A stretch of 64,000 nucleotides of DNA, taken from positions 4,945 through 68,944 of the forward strand of contig JBBRMS010000009.1 in NCBI GenBank assembly GCA_038230715.1, written 5' to 3'. This stretch comes from Pyrinomonadales bacterium. Its GTDB lineage: Bacteria > Acidobacteriota > Blastocatellia > Pyrinomonadales > Pyrinomonadaceae. The translations under genes were made by a program, and so were the position numbers. Under the pieces are notes generated by a model. The model was not told the DNA's origin and did no database searches. It was given only the letters and a program-made list of their open reading frames with translations. Positions 19,075 to 28,728 of this stretch are shown piece by piece (the first letter of the stretch is position 1; each line of letters begins with the position of its first letter).

Positions 19075-20163
19075 CTAAGCAGCTTGTGAAGGCTTGCCGA
19101 CACCATCGCGTGAACGTCCGCTACGAGCCGAGTTAAGACCAGCGTCGCGCGCATTTGTCACCGGCGCCTTGTTGGCAGCGGCAATTCTTTTTTCCCACCA
19201 GACCATGATCGGCCCGGCGACTGCAATCGTGTCGTAGGTTCCAAACAGGATGCCCATCAATAGCGCGAGGGAAAACGGTCTCAGGGTTGCACCGCCCAGC
19301 AGCACCATCGCCACCACTGAGAGAAACACGAGACCTGAAGTAATCACCGTACGCGAGAGTGTCTGATTGATCGACAGGTTGGTCACATCGTACAAATTCA
19401 TCCGCCGATATAGCTTTCGATTTTCGCGAATGCGATCGAAGATCACGATCGAATCGTTTACGTCGAAGCCGACCAGAGTCAACAGTGCCGCAATAACTGT
19501 CAGGTTAATTTCAATCTGAAATATCGAGAACAGTCCCAGCGTCACCAGCACCGTATGGAAAACCGCGATGACTGCCGCCGCGCCATAAGTCCATTCAAAA
19601 CGGAAAGCAATGAACAGTAGCATGCCGATGAGGGCCGCAATCGTAACTGCGATGGCCTGATTCCGCAATTGTTTGCTCGCCACCTGGCCTACCGCGTCTG
19701 TGCCTTCGATCTTATAAGCCGCTTTGGGATCATCGTCCAGGGCTTTGGTGGCCTCCGCTTCGGCACCAAAGCTATTGAGCGCGTTGCGAATCTTGCTCCG
19801 CGCGGCATCCACCCCGGCCTGGCTTTCGCCAGACTCGGCTTCCTCAAATCCCTGGTGCGGCACCTTAACGAGAAACTCACCGGGCTTGTCCAAAACCGGC
19901 TGGATGGTGGCGTCTTTGACACCCGCCTTACTGATTGCGGCGCGCAGCGAATCCGCCGGAGGAGGCTGCTTGAACCTCGCGATGATTACGGTTCCGCCTT
20001 TAAAATCGACACCCAGATTGAAGGCCTCAGTGCCATTAGGATGAAACTTGTGCCGGTAAAGCGCAGTCCCCATGCCGGCCAACATCAAGACGATCGAGAT
20101 GCCGATAAAGAAACGGCGCTTGCCCAGCCAGTCTATTTTAGTGTCGTGAAATAGTCGAAACAT
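19075..20163 (-). CDS. secF: Protein translocase subunit SecF
   Basis: MFRLFHDTKIDWLGKRRFF..GVDFKGGT and C-terminal RND-like TM blocks. Adjacent to secD. Confidence 0.95.
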   Translation of the reverse strand: MFRLFHDTKIDWLGKRRFFIGISIVLMLAGMGTALYRHKFHPNGTEAFNLGVDFKGGTVIIARFKQPPPADSLRAAISKAGVKDATIQPVLDKPGEFLVKVPHQGFEEAESGESQAGVDAARSKIRNALNSFGAEAEATKALDDDPKAAYKIEGTDAVGQVASKQLRNQAIAVTIAALIGMLLFIAFRFEWTYGAAAVIAVFHTVLVTLGLFSIFQIEINLTVIAALLTLVGFDVNDSIVIFDRIRENRKLYRRMNLYDVTNLSINQTLSRTVITSGLVFLSVVAMVLLGGATLRPFSLALLMGILFGTYDTIAVAGPIMVWWEKRIAAANKAPVTNARDAGLNSARSGRSRDGVGKPSQAA

Positions 20164-20228
20164 GAAATTCGTTAACCGTGCCCCGCAATATTAATCGCCG
20201 GTTGCGGCGTTTTCTCCGCAACGTCCAG

Positions 20229-21935
20229 TTAGATACTGAGCGATTCGACGCGCCGGCCTTTGCGACTGAGGAGCCAGATAAAGATCGTCCGCGAAACGTA
20301 AACCGCCGAGAACAAATTCACCAGCAGTCCCAGCACCAGGGTCACAGCAAACCCGCGGATTGGCCCGGCGCCAAACGCATAAAGAAACAGCGACGAAACA
20401 ATCGTCGTGACGTGCGTATCGATGATCGTTACAAAGGCGTGGCCAAATCCCTGCTCCACTGCTGACGGGACAGTTTTGCCGGAACGAAGCTCTTCCCGAA
20501 TGCGCTCAAAAATAAGCACATTCGAATCGACCGCCATACCGATCGTCAGGATTATGCCGGCGATACCGGGTAAAGTAAGCGTCGCCCCAAAAATGATCAG
20601 TCCCGCCAACATCAGAAGCATATTGAGCAACAAGGCGATGACTGCGTTGATGCCCGAGCCGCGGTAATAGATCAGCATGAAAAGCACTACCAGCGTGAGA
20701 CCCAGGAGCGAGGCGCGTACCCCCGACCTGATCGAGTCAGCACCGAGACTGGGACCAACGGTCCGCTCTTCCTGATATTCAATTGGCGCCGGCAACGCGC
20801 CGGACCGAAGCGTCAGGGCCAGATCGTCGGCTGACTGCTTCGAGAAGCGTCCAGTGATTTGGCCCTGGTCGAAAATCTGTCCTTTGATGAACGCGATCGA
20901 TTTAACCTGATTGTCCAGGACCACGCCCATGTACTCGTTGATATTGGCGCCCGTCCACTCGCCAAATTTCTTTGACCCGATATCCTTCAACGCGAAGTCG
21001 ATTTCGTACTCGTCGGCGCCGGCCCGTGACTGATTTGCAGTGGCGCTCCGCAACTGGGCACCGTCGATAATCGCCGGGGACTCAATTACCACCCATTTTG
21101 TTGCTGCCGGTGTGTTTGGCGCCGTGGTGCCTGCCAACTCAGGGCGCTCAACATAAGGCATCACGCGCCGACTCGTCGGCACCTTACCGCCGCTGTTAAG
21201 CGACGCGGTCGCTTCGGCTTCCGATGCATAGGTCTGTACTGATCCCTGGGTGGAGGGCGGGCTGATCACGTGAACGAGTTCCAGATGGGATTGGCCCTTG
21301 AGCAATTGCTTGACCCGTTCCGGATCCTGAATTCCGGGCATCTGCAGAAGGATTTCGTGCGAATTCTGGCCGCCATGCCTTTGCAAAGTGGGCTCAGCAA
21401 CACCGACTGCGTTGATGCGAGTCTCAATGATCTTGAGCGCCTGCTCGGTGGCCGAATCAGCCATCGTCCGCTGGGCTGCGCCGGTCAACGACCAGGTCAG
21501 AGTGTTACCGGAGGTCGAATACGACCAGCCGGTAGTCTCCCTGAGATCGACCTTCGGCTCGACCAGATCACGTATTTCTTTGGCCTTGGATGGATCACCA
21601 ACCTGCAGCACCACCCGGTAGTTCCCCCCGGTAGTTTCCGCGCGAGCTTCTTTTACATCAAAGCCTGCTTCTTTGGCGAAGGTCTGGGCTGCGGTAGCGT
21701 TGTCTTCCGTGAGGCGTTTGAGATATTCGTCGACCTTCACCCGCATGACCAGGTGCGATCCGCCTTTAAGATCCAACCCGAGGTGAATGTTCTGCGCAAG
21801 GTTCGCTTTAATTCCGGTCCAGGTAAAGTCCTTCCCGTGCGGGCGACGACCGCGCGGCCCGCCGACCACGTAAATACCGATCAGGGTAACAATCGCGATC
21901 ACGATTGCGCGCTGGAGTAAGTTCCTTTTCTTCAT
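20229..21935 (-). CDS. secD: Protein translocase subunit SecD
   Basis: LGLDLKGGSHLV and GPSLGADSIRSG motifs. The ATG at 21935 (MKKRNLL) is preferred to the TTG at 21953, which lies inside a hairpin repeat. Confidence 0.95.
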   Translation of the reverse strand: MKKRNLLQRAIVIAIVTLIGIYVVGGPRGRRPHGKDFTWTGIKANLAQNIHLGLDLKGGSHLVMRVKVDEYLKRLTEDNATAAQTFAKEAGFDVKEARAETTGGNYRVVLQVGDPSKAKEIRDLVEPKVDLRETTGWSYSTSGNTLTWSLTGAAQRTMADSATEQALKIIETRINAVGVAEPTLQRHGGQNSHEILLQMPGIQDPERVKQLLKGQSHLELVHVISPPSTQGSVQTYASEAEATASLNSGGKVPTSRRVMPYVERPELAGTTAPNTPAATKWVVIESPAIIDGAQLRSATANQSRAGADEYEIDFALKDIGSKKFGEWTGANINEYMGVVLDNQVKSIAFIKGQIFDQGQITGRFSKQSADDLALTLRSGALPAPIEYQEERTVGPSLGADSIRSGVRASLLGLTLVVLFMLIYYRGSGINAVIALLLNMLLMLAGLIIFGATLTLPGIAGIILTIGMAVDSNVLIFERIREELRSGKTVPSAVEQGFGHAFVTIIDTHVTTIVSSLFLYAFGAGPIRGFAVTLVLGLLVNLFSAVYVSRTIFIWLLSRKGRRVESLSI

Positions 21936-21947
21936 TGAACTCAGGTT

Positions 21948-22000
21948 CGACAAACTTCAGTTTGTCGCTTTCTCGCTCATCGACAAACTGAAGTTTGTCG
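21948..22000. repeat. Two copies of the CGACAAACT(TC/GA)AGTTTGTCG palindromic hairpin
   Basis: 21948-21967 and 21981-22000. Same element as at 2334-2394. Confidence 0.8.
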
Positions 22001-22008
22001 TACCACTT

Positions 22009-22308
22009 TTATTTCGGCGGCGCTTCGTCTGCGTCAACCCCGGCCACGGCCGAGCGCGCAATCTCGAGGATCGTCTTTTCGGCGCTCCTGATGAAAAAAC
22101 TCGTGTCCCGCACGGCGGTGATCGTTCCGATCACTCCACCCGTGGTAATAACCTTATCGCCTGATTTTAGTTCCGCAATCGTCGCCTGCAACTGTCGCTG
22201 TTTCTTCTGTTGGGGCCTGATTAGAAGGAGATAAAAAACACCGAAGATGAGCAGCATCGGAACCAGGGCGCTACCCAACCCACCAGCCTGAAAGAGAAAT
22301 AAGGACAT
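22009..22308 (-). CDS. yajC: Preprotein translocase subunit YajC
   Basis: FYLLLIRPQQKKQRQLQATIAELKSGDKVITTGGVIGTI. Confidence 0.9.
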   Translation of the reverse strand: MSLFLFQAGGLGSALVPMLLIFGVFYLLLIRPQQKKQRQLQATIAELKSGDKVITTGGVIGTITAVRDTSFFIRSAEKTILEIARSAVAGVDADEAPPK

Positions 22309-22372
22309 ACAGTTTTATTTAGGGGTGCCCGCATTAGCGGGTGATTAGCGGGCTCAAATCAGAGGCTCGCAC

Positions 22373-23554
22373 TCATCCCAATCCGGAGCTTAGTTGCTCT
22401 GTGTACTCTCGCCGAAATTTCGCGAATTGACCAGAACGGATAGCTTGCCTGACACGTCGCATGGTGTCAAGGAAGAACGCCAGATTGTGATGGGTCAAAA
22501 GAATGCTGCCGAGCATTTCACCGGACTGATATAGATGCCTGAGAAACGCCCGGGTGTGACGCCCGCAAACCGAACAGCCACAGGCCTCATCCAGTGGCAA
22601 TTGGTCATCGACATACCGGGCATTCTTAATATTGAGCCGGCCGCGCGAAGTGAAAGCCTGTCCGTTGCGGCCATTGCGGGTCGGCAGCACACAGTCGAAC
22701 ATATCCACGCCCCTGGCCACGGCTTCAATCAAATCTTCCGGCGTCCCGACCCCCATTAGATAACGCGGCTTGTCGGCGGGCATTCGCGGGGCGATTTCTT
22801 CGATCACCGCCAGCATGGCCGGCTTTTCTTCACCCACGCTCAGACCACCGATGGCATATCCATCAAAGCCAATTTCGACTGTACGTTCAAGACTCTCGCG
22901 GCGGAGTTCAAGATGCGAAGCCCCTTGAACAATCCCAAACAGCGCTTGTCTCCCGGGGAGCGCAGGCGTGCCTGCCTGCGGTTCGCCGGCATCCTTGCCG
23001 ATCGCTAGCAGCGCAAATGCCTCGCGCGATCGTTTCGCCCAACGCAATGTTAACTCCATGCTCTGCCGCGCTTCCTCGAGACTTGCTTCTCCCGGCGCAC
23101 ATTCATCAAACGCCATCGCTATCTCAGCGCCCAGAGCCGTCTGCACCTCCATCGAAATCTCAGGTGAAAGAAAACACTTCGCGCCATCGATATGCGAACG
23201 AAACTCAGTCCCTTCTTCGCTGATCTTGCGCAGAGCGCCCAGACTCCAGACCTGGAAGCCGCCGGAATCCGTCAGCATCGCCCGATCCCAACCGATGAAT
23301 TTGTGCAGCCCACTACAGGCCCTGATCGTTTCCATGCCCGGTCGCAGCCAAAGGTGATAGGTATTGCCGAGAATGATCCGCGCATCGAGTTCCGGAGATT
23401 CCAGTTCCTCAAACCGAATTCCCTTCACCGTGCCGGCCGTACCCACCGGCATGAACACCGGTGTCTCGATCACCCCGCGGCGAGTTGTAATAGTCCCAGC
23501 GCGCGCTTCGCCCTCGCGCGCAGTAACACTGAAGTTGAACGGTTGTGATTCCAT
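22373..23554 (-). CDS. tgt: tRNA-guanine transglycosylase (queuine tRNA-ribosyltransferase)
   Basis: FMPVGTAGTVKG, LTDSGGFQV, and the zinc site CGCSVCGRHTRAFLRHL. Confidence 0.95.
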   Translation of the reverse strand: MESQPFNFSVTAREGEARAGTITTRRGVIETPVFMPVGTAGTVKGIRFEELESPELDARIILGNTYHLWLRPGMETIRACSGLHKFIGWDRAMLTDSGGFQVWSLGALRKISEEGTEFRSHIDGAKCFLSPEISMEVQTALGAEIAMAFDECAPGEASLEEARQSMELTLRWAKRSREAFALLAIGKDAGEPQAGTPALPGRQALFGIVQGASHLELRRESLERTVEIGFDGYAIGGLSVGEEKPAMLAVIEEIAPRMPADKPRYLMGVGTPEDLIEAVARGVDMFDCVLPTRNGRNGQAFTSRGRLNIKNARYVDDQLPLDEACGCSVCGRHTRAFLRHLYQSGEMLGSILLTHHNLAFFLDTMRRVRQAIRSGQFAKFRREYTEQLSSGLG

Positions 23555-23563
23555 ATAAGCAAT

Positions 23564-23654
23564 AACCGCAGAGGACGCCGAGGGACTCGCAGAGAGACGC
23601 AGAGCGATTTCCTCAACGTCCCCTGCGGAAACCTCTGCGGCCGCCGCGGTTAAT
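23564..23654. repeat. GCAGAGGACGC / GCAGAGAGACGCAGAG word repeat with inverted partner CCTCTGCGG
   Basis: AACCGCAGAGGACGCCGAGGGACTCGCAGAGAGACGCAGAGCG ... CCTGCGGAAACCTCTGCGGCCGCCGCGGTT, located between tgt and der. Confidence 0.6.
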
Positions 23655-23673
23655 CGGATCGTTCCACCAAAAA

Positions 23674-25071
23674 TCAGTGCCGCCGCTTCTTCGACTTATG
23701 CCGCTCGACAAACCTGATCGGCGTGGCCAGGAACCCAAACTCCTCGCGCATACGGTTCTCGAGGTGTCGGACAAAGGAAAAATGCAGTCCGGCTTTTCCG
23801 CCCGCGGTAAAAACGACGAAGGTCGGCGGGCGAATACCAATCTGGGTGATGTACTGCACGTGCAAGCGCGAGCCGCCATGCGGGCGCGCCGGCAGGATGC
23901 CTGACCCCTGCGTAATCTCGCGATCGAAGAATTCATTCAAGCGCGAAGTCGAAATGCGAATGTTGCGGGCCCGGTTGGCCTCAACCACGAGGGGCAGAAG
24001 CTTTTTCACTCGCTGGCCGGTTAGAGCCGAAATCGTAACCACCGACGCCCAACTCAAAAACTTCATCTGGTCGCGCACTTTGCGTTCAAACGCCGAGCCC
24101 GTATGCGTGTCCTTGTTCTCGACCGTGTCCCACTTGTTCACCACCAGGATGATTGAACAACCTGCTTCGACCGCGTAGCCCGCGATGTTCGCATCCAGCG
24201 CCGCAATCCCCTGTTCGGCGTCGAGCACAATGATCGCAACGTCGGCGCGCTCCAGACTCTTGCGCGCCATCACCACCGAGAGCTTTTCCGCCATCGCTTC
24301 GGTTTTACCCTTGCGGCGAATGCCGGCCGTATCGATGATGCGAAAGCTCTGACCTTCGGTTTCAAGCAGAGTATCGACCGTGTCGCGAGTCGTCCCGGCC
24401 ACGGGAGAGACGATCGCGCGCTCTTCGCCCAGCAGCCGATTCAGCAGCGACGATTTCCCTACGTTGGGGCGGCCGACGATCGCGAGACGCAATTCTTTGG
24501 TTGGGAAGGCTGGTGTTTCTTCGATCGTCCCGCCTTCTCTCACGCTTGGACTGCTGCCTATCAGTTCCGGCTCCAGCGCATCCAGCAACTCGCCGATTCC
24601 GTTTCCATGTTCAGCAGAGATCGCAAACACATCGGAAAAGCCAAAGCCATGAAACTCGCCGGCATCACTTTCCAGCACCACTGCGTCCGCTTTGTTGGCC
24701 GCGACCAGAACACGCTTTCCGGTCGAGCGCAGCAGCTGGGCCAATTCCTGATCGAGCGGCGTGATTCCTTTGCGCGCATCCACCACCCAGATAATCGCCT
24801 GGGCAGCATCGATGGCAAACCCTGCCTGTTTCAAAATGTTCGCTGGGATTAAGGCGTCGTCGTCCGGCACGATCCCGCCCGTGTCGACGAGGGCGAATCG
24901 CTTGGTGCGCCAGTTGGTTTCCCCATAGATGCGATCGCGGGTAATGCCCGGTTCGTCACCGACAATCGAGCGACGTTCGCCGATCAGACGATTGAACAGC
25001 GTCGACTTGCCCACATTGGGCCGGCCAACGATTGCCACGAGCGGCAGGAGTTTCTGCTTTGTTTCAGTCAT
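23674..25071 (-). CDS. der: Ribosome-associated GTPase Der/EngA (double G domain plus KH-like)
   Basis: Two P-loops (GRPNVGKSTLFNRL, GRPNVGKSSLLNRL) and two DTGG/DTAG motifs. The start is taken at MTETKQKLLPLVAIVG (ATG 25071). Confidence 0.95.
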   Translation of the reverse strand: MTETKQKLLPLVAIVGRPNVGKSTLFNRLIGERRSIVGDEPGITRDRIYGETNWRTKRFALVDTGGIVPDDDALIPANILKQAGFAIDAAQAIIWVVDARKGITPLDQELAQLLRSTGKRVLVAANKADAVVLESDAGEFHGFGFSDVFAISAEHGNGIGELLDALEPELIGSSPSVREGGTIEETPAFPTKELRLAIVGRPNVGKSSLLNRLLGEERAIVSPVAGTTRDTVDTLLETEGQSFRIIDTAGIRRKGKTEAMAEKLSVVMARKSLERADVAIIVLDAEQGIAALDANIAGYAVEAGCSIILVVNKWDTVENKDTHTGSAFERKVRDQMKFLSWASVVTISALTGQRVKKLLPLVVEANRARNIRISTSRLNEFFDREITQGSGILPARPHGGSRLHVQYITQIGIRPPTFVVFTAGGKAGLHFSFVRHLENRMREEFGFLATPIRFVERHKSKKRRH

Positions 25072-25203
25072 TACGAAATGAATCTTGATAATACCCTGTC
25101 GGAGCGTATTATGCAGAAAAGGGGTGGGACTGCCGATAGAAGTCATTCTGGGAACACAGATGCCGCGTCGATCTTTAGCCAACTGATTGTACGAGCGAAA
25201 AAA

Positions 25204-26322
25204 ATGAGTACCATCAATCCCATTCAACTTCCGCCGACAAATCAAGCGAGGCGCAAGGTCGTCTATACTTTCATCTTTGGCGATTACGACAACTTGAAGC
25301 CGCCCACCATCTTCACCCCGGGCTGGGACTACATCTGTTTCACGGACAGTCCTAATCTTCGCTCAGATGTTTGGACTGTGCGCGTGTCATTACCTGAGCC
25401 CGGAGACACTGGATTGGAGCCCAAGAAGCTTGCCGGCAAGCACATGATCCTCTTTCATCGATATCTCGACGGGTACGATCTCTCACTCTCAATCGGTGCT
25501 CAACTGGAATTGAATTGTAATCTCGACGATCTCATACGCGACCAGTTTCACCCGAACGATGACATGATGATCTGTAATCACCACGAACGCGACTGCATCT
25601 ATGATGAAGCGCAAATCTGCAAGACCTGGGGCCTGGATTACCCGGAACGAATCGACGCCCAAATGGAACGTTATCGCGCCCTCGGCTATCCGTCGCATCA
25701 CGGCCTGTACGCAACCGGAATTATTGCGCGCCGTCATGACCGGCCGCATCTCCAGGCAATGTGTGAGCTGTGGTGGAACGAATGCCGCTTTGGATCCAGA
25801 CGCGATCAGTTGAGCTTGAACTTTGCCATCTGGCAAAGCGCGCCAATCAAGATATCCGCGATCGAATACTCTCCGCAGTTTGTGGTTAACCCGAACTTCA
25901 TCATTCATCCTCATACAATTCCCAATCCCTTCCACGGCAAGAAGATCAGGTTCAGGACCGGGGACACTCGACTAAGCCGCGGCTTGCTCTCCATGATTGG
26001 CGCCAGGACGAGTTATGTCGGTTGTGTCGATGAGACCACTCATTATGGGATTCGCGGTTGGGCGGCGGATCGGGACCGGCTCAACCTTCCGATCAGTGTC
26101 AGCCTCTATGAGAGAGGAGTCCTCATCGCCACCGTACAGGCGAACCAGCCGCGTCCGGACGTGGGCGCATATCTCGGTGATAATGGACTGCATGGCTTTA
26201 CCATTCCGTTGCCAGCCAGTTTGAGGAACCGAACCCTGGACAAAATCACTATCAGGTTCGAGCCCAGCAACAGAGAGCTGCCAGTCTCGCAACCCGGGTT
26301 GTGCGAATTCACCGGCGAGTAG
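25204..26322 (+). CDS. DUF616-like putative glycosyltransferase with extra C-terminal domain
   Basis: VVYTFIFGDYDNLKPP...WDYICFTD...VWTV resembles the DUF616 signature. The start is taken at ATG 25204 (MSTINPIQ). Confidence 0.6.
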   Translation: MSTINPIQLPPTNQARRKVVYTFIFGDYDNLKPPTIFTPGWDYICFTDSPNLRSDVWTVRVSLPEPGDTGLEPKKLAGKHMILFHRYLDGYDLSLSIGAQLELNCNLDDLIRDQFHPNDDMMICNHHERDCIYDEAQICKTWGLDYPERIDAQMERYRALGYPSHHGLYATGIIARRHDRPHLQAMCELWWNECRFGSRRDQLSLNFAIWQSAPIKISAIEYSPQFVVNPNFIIHPHTIPNPFHGKKIRFRTGDTRLSRGLLSMIGARTSYVGCVDETTHYGIRGWAADRDRLNLPISVSLYERGVLIATVQANQPRPDVGAYLGDNGLHGFTIPLPASLRNRTLDKITIRFEPSNRELPVSQPGLCEFTGE

Positions 26323-26497
26323 TTCTGGGTCGTGACGTCTGGGGAAAGGATTATCCTCGTGAAAGGCTTTGTGTCCGCTCCACTCAGTCTGCAATTTGTC
26401 GGTTGCGAGTCGTTACCCGGTAAGTCATAATCACGTGCTCTTAACGCTTCGGGCTTTGCCGACGGAAGACGTAAACAAACGAAGGTGGCATTTATTG

Positions 26498-26710
26498 ATG
26501 ACTGAAGAAAACGTTGACGTATCTTATGAAATTCGCGTGGCCCCGGGCGCCGCGGGGAGCGATCCGGAAGCGCCGGACTGGCAAGTGTGTGAGTTGGAAA
26601 ACGGCGTGATCAGTAACGACGCGGACATCTATGACAATCTGACATTCGCCGAGGCCCAGCAGATCTGCGGCATGTGGACCAAGAAAAAAGAAGAAGCAGA
26701 AGGGTCCTAG
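26498..26710 (+). CDS. Small acidic hypothetical protein (70 aa)
   Basis: ATG 26498 is preceded by AAGGTGG. No recognisable motif. Confidence 0.35.
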   Translation: MTEENVDVSYEIRVAPGAAGSDPEAPDWQVCELENGVISNDADIYDNLTFAEAQQICGMWTKKKEEAEGS

Positions 26711-26811
26711 CGAAATGATCTTTTTGCGCCTTTGCGCGAATTCACCTCACGCCACGCGCAAACGCGCTAAATTTAGAACCCTGATCTTGAATCTCAGTTA
26801 AGACTTCTCGG

Positions 26812-27429
26812 ATGTCGGACAAACACACCGCGCTTACCAGGAATAATGTGGATCCTAATCCCCTCCGCCAGTTCCAGCGGTGGTACAAGGAAATGCGCGC
26901 CACCGGGGTCTCCGAGCAGGAGGCCACCTCGATGATCCTGGCCACAGCCACCCCTGACGGCCGTCCCTCCGCTCGAGTTGTGTTGTTGAAAGGCTTTGAC
27001 GATCGAGGTTTTGTTTTCTTCACCAACTACCAAAGTCAGAAAGGTAATGAGCTGAACCAAAACCCGCGCGCGGCTTTGCTCTTTTATTGGTCCGGACTTT
27101 GGCGACAGGTGCGGGTTGAAGGCAAGGTCGAAAAGATCTCTGCCGCTGATTCTGAAGATTATTTTCTAAGCCGGCCTTTGGGTAGCCGACTCGGCGCCTG
27201 GGCTTCAAATCAGAGTGAAGTCATCGACCAGCGTGAGACTCTGGAAACGCGCTTTGCCGATATGCAGAAGCGTTTTGGCGAGGACGTTCCCCGTCCGGAG
27301 CACTGGGGCGGCTACCGGGTCAACCCAAACTCGATTGAGTTTTGGCAGGGCCGCGATAACCGGCTGCATGATCGCCTGCGATACCATTATGAAGATGGCG
27401 CGTGGGTGATTGAGCGGCTGGCTCCCTAG
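26812..27429 (+). CDS. pdxH: Pyridoxamine 5'-phosphate oxidase
   Basis: NPLRQFQRWY..., RVVLLKGFDDRGFVFFTNYQSQKG, FWQGRDNRLHDR. Confidence 0.95.
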   Translation: MSDKHTALTRNNVDPNPLRQFQRWYKEMRATGVSEQEATSMILATATPDGRPSARVVLLKGFDDRGFVFFTNYQSQKGNELNQNPRAALLFYWSGLWRQVRVEGKVEKISAADSEDYFLSRPLGSRLGAWASNQSEVIDQRETLETRFADMQKRFGEDVPRPEHWGGYRVNPNSIEFWQGRDNRLHDRLRYHYEDGAWVIERLAP

Positions 27430-27471
27430 CTTCAATATGTGACCGACGGATCCGGTTTCATCAATGCGACC

Positions 27472-28545
27472 CTACCTCAGCCGCGGATGCTCCGTCACAA
27501 AATTCACGAGGGCCCCTACATATTCCCCAAACCCGGGACAGCGTATGCCGTGCGGATCGAGTAATCCGCGCGCGATCGTCGTGTCGTAGGTCTGCTCGAG
27601 AAAAAAGTAAGGCACTGCCGAATGCGGCAACCCGGTGATCTTCGGCGCCAGCGGCAGCCTCAGCACCGGATAGACGATCCCGGCCGGCACAGTGGCAAAC
27701 GAATCCCGCCCACGAATCGCCTTCGAAATTTCGTTGAACAACTGATGCGTGGTCAACGGCGCCGGATCGGCCAACTGCACTGTGACTCCAATTGCGCGAT
27801 CATCTTTGGCCAGGGCCACCATCGCTTCAATTAAAAAATCGATAGGCACCAGGTTCAGTCGCACCTCGCTGTTCCCGATATTCAAAAGGGTCAAACCCGC
27901 CGGCCACTTGCGCAGATAATGGATCAAATAATAAACGCCGTCGTACTTTGCCGTCTCGCCCGTGTGGGAATCTCCGCAAACCACCGCCGGCCGGTGAATC
28001 GTGACCGGCAGTTCCCGCTTTAGCGCTTCAACAGTTGTCTCGGCGGCGTACTTTGTTTCTTCGTAGTGATTGCGAAAGCCCGCTTCATGATGGAGTTCAT
28101 TTTCCCTGATCAAGCCTTCGCGTTTGCCAGCGACGTAACAAGTCGAAACATAGTGGTAGCGTTTCAGATTCTCAATCGACCTGACAAAATTATTGACGTT
28201 GCGGGTGCCGGCCACGTTCACGCGGGTCGCCGTCTCTACCGCCACCTCCAGGTCATAGATCGCCGCGAGATGAAACACGACCGTAGTTTCTCGGCGCGCC
28301 TCTGCCAACTCGGTTTCAGCAACCCCGAGGTTGGTCTGGGTAATGTCTCCGGCGACGATCCGGAAACGATCGACATCAACCGCGATCTCCCGCGCGATCT
28401 CGGTTGCCTCTGAGCGCGCTGTTTCAAGCAACGCGGGTTGGCTCAGCAAAATGAGCCTTGCGCCTTCGGCCGCCAGGCGCTTTACCAAACGAGTGGCAAT
28501 GAATCCCGGGAACCCGGTTAAGAAAACTGTTTCATTAAAAGGCAT
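27472..28545 (-). CDS. SDR-family NAD(P)-dependent reductase/epimerase (thioester-reductase-like)
   Basis: Rossmann motif VFLTGFPGFIATRLVKRL and the catalytic YxxxK region NHYEETKYAAE. Confidence 0.75.
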   Translation of the reverse strand: MPFNETVFLTGFPGFIATRLVKRLAAEGARLILLSQPALLETARSEATEIAREIAVDVDRFRIVAGDITQTNLGVAETELAEARRETTVVFHLAAIYDLEVAVETATRVNVAGTRNVNNFVRSIENLKRYHYVSTCYVAGKREGLIRENELHHEAGFRNHYEETKYAAETTVEALKRELPVTIHRPAVVCGDSHTGETAKYDGVYYLIHYLRKWPAGLTLLNIGNSEVRLNLVPIDFLIEAMVALAKDDRAIGVTVQLADPAPLTTHQLFNEISKAIRGRDSFATVPAGIVYPVLRLPLAPKITGLPHSAVPYFFLEQTYDTTIARGLLDPHGIRCPGFGEYVGALVNFVTEHPRLR

Positions 28546-28728
28546 AACAATGAAAGAACCCTCTAGTTTTGAGTCGGGCTACTGCCCGACCAAGCGGTGG
28601 TAGCCCGCTTCGAAACCACATCATGAAGAATAGATCGTCGGACATTCGCTTCCGCTCAAGTATAATCCAATCGAATTTGATCCAACACGTCACGGCTATT
28701 AACAAGCCAGGCTTGAAAGGCCACGCAC

